This document shows, one piece after another, positions 27,893 through 35,514 of a DNA stretch of 60,149 bases. Under the pieces are notes generated by a model. That model was not told the DNA's origin. It saw nothing but the letters and a program-made list of their open reading frames with translations, and did not search any database. The stretch lies in the IMG/VR virus record IMGVR_UViG_3300033273_000263, positions 1 to 60,149 of that record; one strand, written 5' to 3'. The stretch is from a virus. Taxonomy: Duplodnaviria > Caudoviricetes. Numbering within the stretch: the stretch's first letter is position 1; each line of letters starts with the position of its first letter. A program made the translations under genes and the position numbers.

Positions 27893-28953
27893 CGCACGTC
27901 GTGACCTCCGAACATTGCTCTCATACCATTTAGAACCTTGGCAGTGAAAGCACCCAGACGGCGCGACTCAAAGCGCGAATACAAAGCACTACTGATAACA
28001 GGAGCGGGTACGCCAAGATCCACAGCAGCGTGAACCGTCCAACGACCCTCACCAGAGTCTGATACTCCCCCATCGAATTTGCTAAGCTCTCTATCGTGCC
28101 GTAGAACATCAGCGGTAAGATCGAGTAACCAACTGCCAACCACGCTACCACGACGCCAACACTCAGCCACCTTAGACACGTCAATGTCATAACAATAATC
28201 TTCTGGACAGTCCATTGGAGCGACCTCAGCATCTCCTTCTTTGACATACTTAGCACCTGCATTTGCTTCGTGAAGAATGTTAAACCCTTCTGCGTATGCT
28301 TGCATAATGCCATACTCTACGCCATTATGCACCATCTTTACAAAGTGACCTGCACCAGGTCCACCACAGTGCATCCAACCAAACTCTTCAGGGTATAGAA
28401 CATACCCATCACGACCTGGGAGACGTTCGGCGGCATCAATTCCTGGGGCGAGTGCATCAAAGATTGGACGACAAGTGGCGACCGCAGTATTTCCACCACC
28501 AACCATAAGACAGTATCCACGATCCAGACCGTAAACACCACCGCTAGTACCGCAGTCAATATACGCGATACCAAGTTTTGCAAGGCGCTCTGCTCTTTTC
28601 CGACTGTCCTTAAAATTGCTATTGCCATTATCAATAATAATATCTCCTTCACTACAATATCGTAGTAACTCATTGAGTGTCTCCTCTACAGTTTCTGCTG
28701 GTACCACCATCATAAAGACGCCAGGTTGATATACAGTCTCATCTGACTTCTCGCCATAAATTGATGTTCCTTGGTGTACTACTTGAACAAGGCTTTGTAT
28801 AGAAGTGGTAAATCCACTGAGATAACCCGCTTCATATTGTGCAGCAGCTTTTTCATAGTTGTTACGGTAACCCCATACTTCGTGACCTGCTTTAATAAGA
28901 CGACGGGACATACCTTCTCCCATTCGTCCAAGTCCAATCATTCCTACTTTCAT
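27889..28953 (-). CDS. gnd: 6-phosphogluconate dehydrogenase
   Basis: GLGRMG, DCGTSGG, GHFVKMVHNGVEY, DSGEGRWT, FGGH. Confidence 0.97.
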   Translation of the reverse strand: MKVGMIGLGRMGEGMSRRLIKAGHEVWGYRNNYEKAAAQYEAGYLSGFTTSIQSLVQVVHQGTSIYGEKSDETVYQPGVFMMVVPAETVEETLNELLRYCSEGDIIIDNGNSNFKDSRKRAERLAKLGIAYIDCGTSGGVYGLDRGYCLMVGGGNTAVATCRPIFDALAPGIDAAERLPGRDGYVLYPEEFGWMHCGGPGAGHFVKMVHNGVEYGIMQAYAEGFNILHEANAGAKYVKEGDAEVAPMDCPEDYCYDIDVSKVAECWRRGSVVGSWLLDLTADVLRHDRELSKFDGGVSDSGEGRWTVHAAVDLGVPAPVISSALYSRFESRRLGAFTAKVLNGMRAMFGGHDVR

Positions 28954-29138
28954 TTTCCTTCGTTAATAAAATATTCAGGTAAGGGACATCCCTTGAAATC
29001 GTTTATCTCATCGACTGCTAAGACAAACATTACTGCGGATCCGAGACAAAAAGCAAACAGCATTTGAGGGAAGTTGTAATTACAATCATTTGCTGTTGGA
29101 TCTTCGGGTTCATCATCGTGAGGAAATCGCATTTTCAT
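28950..29138 (-). CDS. Hypothetical membrane protein
   Basis: Coupled between ptox and gnd; FKGCP.P. Confidence 0.6.
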   Translation of the reverse strand: MKMRFPHDDEPEDPTANDCNYNFPQMLFAFCLGSAVMFVLAVDEINDFKGCPLPEYFINEGK

Positions 29139-29638
29139 ACGATCATCTCCATTGCTTTTAGTAATTCGTTGCTGTGTGTTAGTTCATCATTCAAGATCTC
29201 AAGGATTTTTTCATCTGGACCTTTGTCTGCAAGATACTTAGCATATGTAGTTGCAGCGTGGACCTCTACTTCGTAGGACAGATGGTAAGCAGCACGAGGA
29301 GCCACCCAATAATAAACCACGTTGACCCAATAATAGATAAGGACGAGGTGTTTGGCAACAAAGCGATCCACCCAATGAGCATTACCGCCCCTACTCTCCA
29401 TATATTCCAGATGTTCTGTTTCATTTACAGACTGTGCAAAGTGTTCCTTCATCAAATAAAGATGTTCTGGTCCACGTAAACCCATACTTTCTCTGAAGTG
29501 TAACACACTCAAGAATGCAAAATAAGGTGCCCGAGCAATTTCCTCAAGCACCCAAAAACGTGGATAATCTCTTCCCCTATAGAGGAAGTCTAAGATTGCA
29601 ACAGTGATGTCCAAAACAACAGTGTTGAACTTTTTCAT
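29135..29638 (-). CDS. ptox: Plastoquinol terminal oxidase
   Basis: RFWVLE.IAR.PYF, NE.EHL..ME, E.HA..TY, DE..H diiron motifs. Confidence 0.93.
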   Translation of the reverse strand: MKKFNTVVLDITVAILDFLYRGRDYPRFWVLEEIARAPYFAFLSVLHFRESMGLRGPEHLYLMKEHFAQSVNETEHLEYMESRGGNAHWVDRFVAKHLVLIYYWVNVVYYWVAPRAAYHLSYEVEVHAATTYAKYLADKGPDEKILEILNDELTHSNELLKAMEMIV

Positions 29639-29778
29639 TATAGGTCGTCTGTAAAATCGTAGGTCATTTGACCGTACCAATGTTCATCATCTTCCCAAGT
29701 CGAAGGTTCTGAGAACAGTTCATCCATCTTAATCTTGAAGATCCTTTCTTTAAGAATTTCGATGTCTTCTTCACTCAT
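29638..29778 (-). CDS. Small acidic hypothetical protein (46 aa)
   Basis: MSEEDIEILKKRIFKIKMDELFSEPSTWEDD...; stop overlaps the ptox ATG. Confidence 0.55.
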   Translation of the reverse strand: MSEEDIEILKERIFKIKMDELFSEPSTWEDDEHWYGQMTYDFTDDL

Positions 29779-29820
29779 TGGTACACACCCTATCTAGATT
29801 AGTTTGCTTGATTGTTACAG

Positions 29821-30018
29821 TTAGTTTGTCACCAGTTCAAGATATTTCTCGAATGCTTCTTCGATCCCGTTTGTAGTCGGGTTACCTTGACTTACCCAGT
29901 CGTGACAAAACTCGTAGAGATGTTTCGTTGTCTTGAGTTTGAAATGCTTTTTGAGTTTGAGGAATGCTTCTGCCCTGAGAAGCATTCGTTCATCACTGTA
30001 GCGCCAGTCTTCAGTCAT
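29821..30018 (-). CDS. Conserved hypothetical protein
   Basis: DWRYS.ERM.LR...YEFCHDWVSQGN. Confidence 0.65.
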   Translation of the reverse strand: MTEDWRYSDERMLLRAEAFLKLKKHFKLKTTKHLYEFCHDWVSQGNPTTNGIEEAFEKYLELVTN

Positions 30019-30175
30019 CTAATACTGCACGAACTTCTCTTGGATTATACACCATACTCTGAGAAAGTCTACACAGTTCTAGATAAAATTCTACCTTGAC
30101 TTTAGACAGGTCTCGATATTTGTTGAGAGTCATCCAAGATCCGCTAGCATCCTGGCATTGCAATTTGTATCGCAT
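30011..30175 (-). CDS. Hypothetical protein (54 aa)
   Basis: Manual translation MRYKLQCQDASGSWMTLNKY...; CTAAATA late motif upstream. Confidence 0.5.
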   Translation of the reverse strand: MRYKLQCQDASGSWMTLNKYRDLSKVKVEFYLELCRLSQSMVYNPREVRAVLDD

Positions 30176-30203
30176 CACTATGTTCCGTGTTACCAGTATT
30201 TAG

Positions 30204-30228
30204 AAAAAAAGGGTGACCGAAGTCACCC
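30204..30228 (-). terminator. Rho-independent terminator
   Basis: GGGTGAC-TTCG-GTCACCC-TTTTTTT. Confidence 0.85.
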
Positions 30229-30738
30229 CAATGTTATCTTGTTAGCATATTGTCTTGCGTATATAGTTCGATAACCGTGGACACCCCATCCCAACCAACG
30301 ATATGATTTCTTCATATACCAATCAATAGACTGACCAGAAGTCTTCATTGAAGGAAGGATGTCTTGCCACTGTTTTTCGTTAACAAGATAACGAAGTTGT
30401 GTACCGAGAGTGGAAGGGTCTCCACCATACTTGCTAGCAAAGGTACCAAGACCATTGTAACGTCTGATAGAGGTCCACTGAATGAGACCATAACCACCCG
30501 AACGGCAGTTTAGATAAGAAACTCGGGCACCACCTTCACAAATGTTGGGGTGGAAGTTGCTCTCTTGTTTGATGTTACCAAGAACAACTGACAAAGCATT
30601 CTTATCCTTAATGCCTTGGTCTTGCATAAACGAAAGAGTTGTTTTCTCATTCGCGTTGCAAGTCTCGCAAACATACCGTGCTGCATCTGCTGCAGGTGCG
30701 GTTGCCAGACAACCAAGGACTAAAAGGGATTTGATCAT
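30223..30738 (-). CDS. Secreted phage tail-lysozyme-like protein
   Basis: Signal peptide; GNI.QES.F.P, GYGLIQWT...R, QL.Y. Confidence 0.8.
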   Translation of the reverse strand: MIKSLLVLGCLATAPAADAARYVCETCNANEKTTLSFMQDQGIKDKNALSVVLGNIKQESNFHPNICEGGARVSYLNCRSGGYGLIQWTSIRRYNGLGTFASKYGGDPSTLGTQLRYLVNEKQWQDILPSMKTSGQSIDWYMKKSYRWLGWGVHGYRTIYARQYANKITLG

Positions 30739-30752
30739 AAACTAAATTGAAT

Positions 30753-30836
30753 TCAACTTTCATCACCTGATTGGGTGAGTAAAGCGGCACTGACAAATGT
30801 ACCAATAAGAATTAAAAACAATGTTAGTATGTACAT
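30753..30836 (-). CDS. Putative hydrophobic leader peptide (27 aa)
   Basis: MYILTLFLILIGTFVSAALLTQSGDES; ATG inside a long stem. Confidence 0.35.
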   Translation of the reverse strand: MYILTLFLILIGTFVSAALLTQSGDES

Positions 30837-30889
30837 TTCAGTGCCGCAATGGGTAAGTATTTATACCTTACCAGATACTAGGAGGTGGA

Positions 30890-30982
30890 TTAGGGTATGA
30901 TTGGGGACAGGACCGCCCAACTAAAAAGAGAAGTTACGGTTCCAAACAATAAGGTGGTCGTGGTGAAGTTCATTGGAGTCAT
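30890..30982 (-). CDS. Small membrane peptide (30 aa)
   Basis: MTPMNFTTTTLLFGTVTSLFSWAVLSPIIP. Confidence 0.4.
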   Translation of the reverse strand: MTPMNFTTTTLLFGTVTSLFSWAVLSPIIP

Positions 30983-31073
30983 TCATCAGAGGACATACTA
31001 TATAGCATCGGTTTTGTATCACGTTGATACAAAACGTATCGGTTATTACCCTTTAGGATGTTTTGTCAGAGGA

Positions 31074-31181
31074 TCACCAAATACCAGGGATGAGTTGTCC
31101 AGTAACAGCGTAGGATCCCATTGCTGCTACGACTCCGAGCATTGCTGCCCAACCATTAATGCGTTCTGCGTTTTCGTTCAT
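31074..31181 (-). CDS. hli: High-light-inducible protein (35 aa)
   Basis: MNENAERINGWAAMLGVVAAMGSYAVTGQLIPGIW. Confidence 0.93.
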   Translation of the reverse strand: MNENAERINGWAAMLGVVAAMGSYAVTGQLIPGIW

Positions 31182-31687
31182 CGTTGTTCTCCATAAGTGG
31201 TCAGGTAACCCAATACGGTATCTGGGTCACTAATTTCATAGGGGTCAACAGGGCAGTTACCCACCTTGCCAGGTTCTTCAAACAGTTGTTCGATCACCCC
31301 GTCGTTAACAACCATAGCATAGCGCCAGGATCGGAACCCGAAACCAAGGTTCGCTTTGTTAACTGACATACCCATTGCGTAGGTAAATTCACCGCTACCA
31401 TCAGCAATAGGTTTCACATTTTCAATACCCTGGTCCTTGAACCAGGCATTCATAACGAACGAATCATTAACACTGAGGCAATAAACCTCATCAATGCCGT
31501 TCTCTTTGAACTCTTCATACTTCTCTTCATAACCAGGGAGTTGGTAGTTAGAGCAAGTAGGAGTGAATGCACCAGGGAGTGCAAACACAATCACACGCTT
31601 ACCTGCAAAGAGGTCTCCAGAGGAGGTGTGAACCCAATCACCGTTCTCACGGGAGTGGAAGGTAACTTCAGGTACTCTAAGTGCCAT
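31178..31687 (-). CDS. Peroxiredoxin (PRX5-like)
   Basis: LPGAFTPTCS, SVND.FVM.AW, RSWRY. Confidence 0.93.
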   Translation of the reverse strand: MALRVPEVTFHSRENGDWVHTSSGDLFAGKRVIVFALPGAFTPTCSNYQLPGYEEKYEEFKENGIDEVYCLSVNDSFVMNAWFKDQGIENVKPIADGSGEFTYAMGMSVNKANLGFGFRSWRYAMVVNDGVIEQLFEEPGKVGNCPVDPYEISDPDTVLGYLTTYGEQR

Positions 31688-31693
31688 AGTAAA

Positions 31694-31780
31694 TCAATAA
31701 GTTTCAGAAAGTTTTTCGACAGAAATGCTCAGCAAGATAAAGAAGGTGATTGCTGTAACGGTCCAGAATAATTCTACCAT
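31694..31780 (-). CDS. Small membrane peptide (28 aa)
   Basis: MVELFWTVTAITFFILLSISVEKLSETY; coupled to the hli stop. Confidence 0.55.
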   Translation of the reverse strand: MVELFWTVTAITFFILLSISVEKLSETY

Positions 31781-31989
31781 CACATTACGCCGAAGAAGAG
31801 TTTACCAGTAAAGGCATAGGAAATCAAGGCTGCCACAAAACCCATCATTGCGGTGCGACCATTCAGACGTTCTGCACGCTCAGCATACGGTTCGTAACCA
31901 TAGCGTTCCATTGCTTCTTTGGTCATATACATTGTAGGTTCTTTGGCAAACAGATTCATTTGCCCCCACTCGTTCTTGGTAACGGTCAT
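31780..31989 (-). CDS. hli: High-light-inducible protein
   Basis: N.FAKEP.MY...AERLNGR.AM.GF...TG..FFG. Confidence 0.92.
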   Translation of the reverse strand: MTVTKNEWGQMNLFAKEPTMYMTKEAMERYGYEPYAERAERLNGRTAMMGFVAALISYAFTGKLFFGVM

Positions 31990-32015
31990 CGTGTTGTGTA
32001 ACAAAATACTACAAA

Positions 32016-32044
32016 ACTATATAGTAAATATTAAGAGTTGTCAA
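32016..32044 (-). promoter_or_regulatory. Sigma70-type promoter of the hli-prx-hli operon
   Basis: TTGACA-17-TATAGT. Confidence 0.7.
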
Positions 32045-32325
32045 GAATCGAATGTAATGACATCCTGACCGACCGTACCAAAGACATCAACGGGACCACC
32101 AGCAACGGGATAAGGATGCTCGTCGTGGTGAGACTGGTTCAGGTTGAAACTCACATACTCTTCGGGGAGTTGTGACTTTGCCTGACGGTACATCGTGTCA
32201 AGACCTTGATAGTGACGCCAGATAGCCCCCTCTTCCTGCTGGTCCAGATCTACCTTGAGTGCCTCTTGTACGGCACGAGAGGCAGCGTCTCGTGCTGCCT
32301 TCAGAGCGTTAACGTAATCAGTCAT
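32041..32325 (-). CDS. Hypothetical protein
   Basis: ORF in operon. Confidence 0.6.
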   Translation of the reverse strand: MTDYVNALKAARDAASRAVQEALKVDLDQQEEGAIWRHYQGLDTMYRQAKSQLPEEYVSFNLNQSHHDEHPYPVAGGPVDVFGTVGQDVITFDS

Positions 32326-32539
32326 AAGTTGCGTTGAGAATACCTTTAGAAATCTTGTGCGACTCCCACATAGAAGTCATCTCCAGCATCTTCATCAGAG
32401 GATTTTTCTTGCTGGGTTTGGAGAATGCACCTTCTTCGCAAGCGAAGTAGTTGCACATATGGATGACATACTCATCTGGAAGTTGTTCCAGGTACATCAT
32501 CATATCTGCCTTAATGGCAGGAAAGTCTGCTTGTGCCAT
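32318..32539 (-). CDS. Hypothetical protein
   Basis: Start at MAQADF. Confidence 0.5.
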   Translation of the reverse strand: MAQADFPAIKADMMMYLEQLPDEYVIHMCNYFACEEGAFSKPSKKNPLMKMLEMTSMWESHKISKGILNATYD

Positions 32540-32567
32540 AGGGCACCGCTTGTGTAGGGGTTTTGCT

Positions 32568-32813
32568 TTAAGTGCGCTTGACATCATCCTTTACATAACA
32601 GGGCACGGTGTCTGGGTCCAACCACTTAGTGTACTCAAAGTCCTCCATCGCAGTCAGAAGTTGCATCTGATTATCGAGAAGGTACATATCGCTATACCGT
32701 TTGGTATAAGGATCTGCTTTCTGGATACGGTAGTCGGGGTTACCATTCAGTTCAATGGTACCACACTGGACGTACCGATAGGGGAAACGCTCAAGAAGAA
32801 CAGTGGGTTTCAT
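32568..32813 (-). CDS. Conserved cyanophage hypothetical protein
   Basis: ERFPYRYV..G...NG.PDYRIQK...Y.DMYL.DN.MQ...AMEDFEYTKWLDP; GGAG RBS. Confidence 0.75.
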   Translation of the reverse strand: MKPTVLLERFPYRYVQCGTIELNGNPDYRIQKADPYTKRYSDMYLLDNQMQLLTAMEDFEYTKWLDPDTVPCYVKDDVKRT

Positions 32814-32846
32814 AGTATTGTCTCCAGGACTCCTAAAGTATAGCAT

Positions 32847-32871
32847 AAAAAAAGGACCCCGTGGGGTCCTT
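32847..32871 (-). terminator. Rho-independent terminator
   Basis: GGACCC-CACG-GGGTCC-TTTTTTT. Confidence 0.7.
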
Positions 32872-32907
32872 AGACAGTTCAAGTTTTGGCTCCACCAGGA
32901 CTAGGTG

Positions 32908-33111
32908 CTATGCAGTACCAAATCCGATATCAGAAGCGAGATGGTCGAGGAAGACTTCGTAATCCTCGTCTGGATCTCCATAAAAACGGACACCCACTGT
33001 CTCGTACCAACGGAACAATCGATTGAATAGAGAAGGATTTTCTCGATCAAGTGCAATGTCTCCGTTAACGACTGACCTGAGATAGGTATAGTCGGACTTA
33101 CTGATAGGCAT
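32908..33111 (-). CDS. Hypothetical protein
   Basis: GAGG RBS; GV.F.GDP.EDY. Confidence 0.6.
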   Translation of the reverse strand: MPISKSDYTYLRSVVNGDIALDRENPSLFNRLFRWYETVGVRFYGDPDEDYEVFLDHLASDIGFGTA

Positions 33112-33156
33112 AAGAATACCTCACTTCTAGACTGTAGATTAAATCCCTTGCGGGAA

Positions 33157-33230
33157 CGGGTCAGGTTGGACTCGAACCAACGACCGATCGCTTAGAAGGC
33201 GATTGCTCTCTTCCACTGAGCTACTGACCC
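33157..33230 (-). tRNA. tRNA-Arg(TCT)
   Basis: GGGTCAGTAGCTCAGTGGAAGAGAGCAATCGCCTTCTAAGCGATCGGTCGTTGGTTCGAGTCCAACCTGACCCG. Confidence 0.95.
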
Positions 33231-33238
33231 AGTGGATT

Positions 33239-33394
33239 CTATGTTGTCATAAGTAAGCGGATTTTAATTGCAGTTACCTCTGCAGAAGCGTGATCATCTT
33301 TTGAAATGTAATCGTGTAGACGGTCAATCATAATTGAAAGTGTCTTCTCAAAATACTCTTGGTCATCAGAAACATCCTGATTCCAATCGTTCAT
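33239..33394 (-). CDS. Hypothetical protein (51 aa)
   Basis: MNDWNQDVSDDQEYFEKTLSIMIDRLH...; AGGGGG RBS; TTGACT-18-TATAAT promoter at 33423-33452. Confidence 0.55.
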   Translation of the reverse strand: MNDWNQDVSDDQEYFEKTLSIMIDRLHDYISKDDHASAEVTAIKIRLLMTT

Positions 33395-33448
33395 TGGTGA
33401 TCCCCCTTGCTTCAACTCGCTAATTATATATGCAAGTGGAAGAGAAAG

Positions 33449-33913
33449 TCAAGAGGGAAAATAGTCCTTGCGATAGTACCGACCTAGGATATTACTGTTG
33501 TAATAAGCAGGGGTACCATCCGCAAGTGCTTTGGTTAGAACGTCGTGAAGAAAAAGTTGTCTTGTCTCTTCGTAATTTGTTTTTCCTGGTGTTAGGTGGA
33601 AGGAGAGGATTTCTCTAGTAAAAGCGTTCCGTCCAAACTTCTTAACATCTGCCGAAAGCTCTGGACAAGATCCATAGTAGTTACGCCAGTTGCTTTCAGA
33701 TGTAACTCGTCGCCGTTTTCTAGTTTGATCTGTAGATCTAGGCTTTCGTTTTTGCCAGAAATACTTTCTTCCGATGTACGAACGGTTAGTGGTGCTACAG
33801 GTAATCTTGTAAACAAAACCATAGTAGTCCCCAATATCGCTCCCGTCAAAAGGGGAGCCCATATAGATCCAGGGATTTTCATATTCATTAATCGGGGTCT
33901 CCATCGTCATCAT
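33449..33913 (-). CDS. GIY-YIG endonuclease
   Basis: GFVYKIT.......YIGRK, W..YYGS, F.REIL, E, YN.NI. Confidence 0.85.
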   Translation of the reverse strand: MMTMETPINEYENPWIYMGSPFDGSDIGDYYGFVYKITCSTTNRSYIGRKYFWQKRKPRSTDQTRKRRRVTSESNWRNYYGSCPELSADVKKFGRNAFTREILSFHLTPGKTNYEETRQLFLHDVLTKALADGTPAYYNSNILGRYYRKDYFPS

Positions 33914-34049
33914 TACTATACACTATACGCCCGACTGTGATTGCGGGTTCTTGTGTGTATTTAGAGATATCAGAGTAGATCTCAGATTCAATCTCATTGA
34001 CTAAACCTTTGAGTTCATTCAACATCAACTTTAGTTTAGACCTGTCCAT
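33888..34049 (-). CDS. Conserved small hypothetical protein
   Basis: MDRSKLKL...E.ESE.YSD...Y...DDDG.PD. Confidence 0.65.
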   Translation of the reverse strand: MDRSKLKLMLNELKGLVNEIESEIYSDISKYTQEPAITVGRIVYSNDDDGDPD

Positions 34050-34704
34050 CGAGACCCTCCTGAAGTTTCTCCCAATCTTTGTTGAAGATATCCAAACCTT
34101 CTCTAGTGAGAACGTGGTCATACATCTTCCAGAATACAGGGACTGGTAGGGTAACTACGTCAGCACCGTAAAGAAAACATCTGGATACGTGATGGACATC
34201 TCTGAGAGATGCTGCGAGAACTTGTGTCTCTACGGAATGAACCTTGTAAGTACCACTAATAGCACGTACAAGCTCAACACCACTAAAACTGTTGTCATTA
34301 CATCTTCCCACAAAAGGTGAGACATATGTTGCACCTGCTTTCGCTGCCATAATAGCTTGTGCAACAGAGAAAATCAAAGTCACATTTGTTTTGATTCCAT
34401 CAGCTGATAGATCAGAACAGGCAAGTAGTCCTTCTACATTACAAGGAAGTTTGATGGTAACGTTTGGTGCTATTTGGTAGTATTGAACTGCCATATCTAG
34501 CATCTCATCTGCAGTATCACCCACTACTTCTGCAGATATTGAAGCACCCCAAGAGAACATCTCAGAGAACTTGTAGATAATGTCCAGCGGATCCTTGCCT
34601 GCTTTGAGCATCAAGGAAGGGTTGGTCGTAATTCCATCAACAAGACCTGTATCGATAGCAGGCTTTGCCAATTCAGGATCGGAACAGTCGAGAAAAATCT
34701 TCAT
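34036..34704 (-). CDS. talC: Transaldolase (TalC)
   Basis: KIFLD, GITTNPSL, IKLP, NVTLIFS, YVSPFVGR, LAAS.R. Confidence 0.96.
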   Translation of the reverse strand: MKIFLDCSDPELAKPAIDTGLVDGITTNPSLMLKAGKDPLDIIYKFSEMFSWGASISAEVVGDTADEMLDMAVQYYQIAPNVTIKLPCNVEGLLACSDLSADGIKTNVTLIFSVAQAIMAAKAGATYVSPFVGRCNDNSFSGVELVRAISGTYKVHSVETQVLAASLRDVHHVSRCFLYGADVVTLPVPVFWKMYDHVLTREGLDIFNKDWEKLQEGLDGQV

Positions 34705-34738
34705 CGTTCAGTCTCCTATAGTTAAAAGTATTTAGTAC

Positions 34739-34764
34739 AAAAAAATGAGCACCTAAGTGCTCAT
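34739..34764 (-). terminator. Rho-independent terminator of the riboswitch operon
   Basis: TGAGCAC-TTAG-GTGCTCA-TTTTTTT. Confidence 0.8.
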
Positions 34765-34928
34765 ATCTTTTTGTTATAAACTGGGTTGAAGGTTAGAGAT
34801 TTTTCTAACCACTCACGGTAGTGAATACAATAGCAGGACCAGTATGGTACCCCTCGGTATTTGAGATTGTAACACGCTGGTTCCCTGCTATCTCTATCCA
34901 TATCATCATAGTGATATCGATAGTCCAT
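34761..34928 (-). CDS. Small DUF4278-like protein (55 aa)
   Basis: MDYRYHYDDMDRDSREPACYNLKYRGVPYWSCY...; L.YRGV.Y motif. Confidence 0.6.
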   Translation of the reverse strand: MDYRYHYDDMDRDSREPACYNLKYRGVPYWSCYCIHYREWLEKSLTFNPVYNKKI

Positions 34929-34931
34929 TTA

Positions 34932-35099
34932 TCACTTGTTGTAAGTGTGACCGCGATAGCAGAAAGTTCCGTGAACTTCATTGACAGTGCCCGACTTACA
35001 CTCAAACTTAACACCACGATATGCAGTGTGAGAGATTTGAGCATCGTGAAGGGAAGATGCCTTTTCGATCTGCTTCTTGATAAGAGATAAGGTGTTCAT
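34932..35099 (-). CDS. DUF4278-family small protein (55 aa)
   Basis: MNTLSLIKKQIEKASSLHDAQISHTAYRGVKFECKSGTVNEVHGTFCYRGHTYNK; two YRG motifs; AGGAG RBS. Confidence 0.8.
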   Translation of the reverse strand: MNTLSLIKKQIEKASSLHDAQISHTAYRGVKFECKSGTVNEVHGTFCYRGHTYNK

Positions 35100-35134
35100 A
35101 ATAGACTCCTGAAATACTAGGGTGAATTAACTCC

Positions 35135-35357
35135 CGTTCCTTCAGTCGTTTGCGTCCCAACGGCATTCTGGGACAGATTCCTTTACGGTCTCTACCAGTT
35201 CTACCAACACTGCGGGAGGTAGATTTCGATTTGTACTGATCTTTAGCATTAATGCTTCAGCATCAGCACAAGTCATTGATGCATATAGAAGTAAATCTAA
35301 CATTGGGATGAACGCTCCGTTCCGCGACTTACTTGCGTCCACCGAAGTGGATGAACG
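35135..35357 (-). ncRNA. Tandem glutamine (glnA-type) riboswitch, second aptamer split by an ORF
   Basis: Aptamer 1 CGTTCA-TCCAC/TTCG/GTGGA-CGCAAGTAAGTCGCGGAACG (35318-35357); aptamer 2 CGTTCA-TCCCAA...TTGGGA-CGCAAACGACTGAAGGAACG; upstream of DUF4278. Confidence 0.75.
35142..35303 (-). CDS. Riboswitch-embedded small protein (53 aa)
   Basis: MLDLLLYASMTCADAEALMLKISTNRNLPPAVLVELVETVKESVPECRWDAND; GGAG RBS between the aptamers. Confidence 0.65.
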   Translation of the reverse strand: MLDLLLYASMTCADAEALMLKISTNRNLPPAVLVELVETVKESVPECRWDAND

Positions 35358-35381
35358 TAAATAGGGGATTGCTCCCCCACT

Positions 35382-35510
35382 TTATTTATGCTTTCGGAGA
35401 CGTTTTTTAGTACCCCTACGCTTCTTAGAATCATATCTTAACTCTTTTTTAAGAGAGGCAAGGAATCTAAGGTGCTTGCGGGTCTCGTCTCTTTCAGACT
35501 TAGGAATCAT
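35382..35510 (-). CDS. Small basic hypothetical protein
   Basis: MIPKSERDETRKHLRFLASLKKEL... Confidence 0.45.
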   Translation of the reverse strand: MIPKSERDETRKHLRFLASLKKELRYDSKKRRGTKKRLRKHK

Positions 35511-35514
35511 AGCA

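Noticed and set aside
31016-31030. Canonical NtcA box
   Set aside because: Spacing is GTA-N9-TAC, not N8; kept only as an unexplained palindrome
33449-33913. GIY-YIG gene as a mobile intron or homing element
   Set aside because: Free-standing, short, lacks an obvious DNA-binding extension and interrupts no gene; looks like a conserved core nuclease
34805-35090. Track ORFs 34805-35044 (-) and 34821-35090 (+)
   Set aside because: The real genes are the two 55-aa YRG-motif ORFs in other frames, one with a clear RBS
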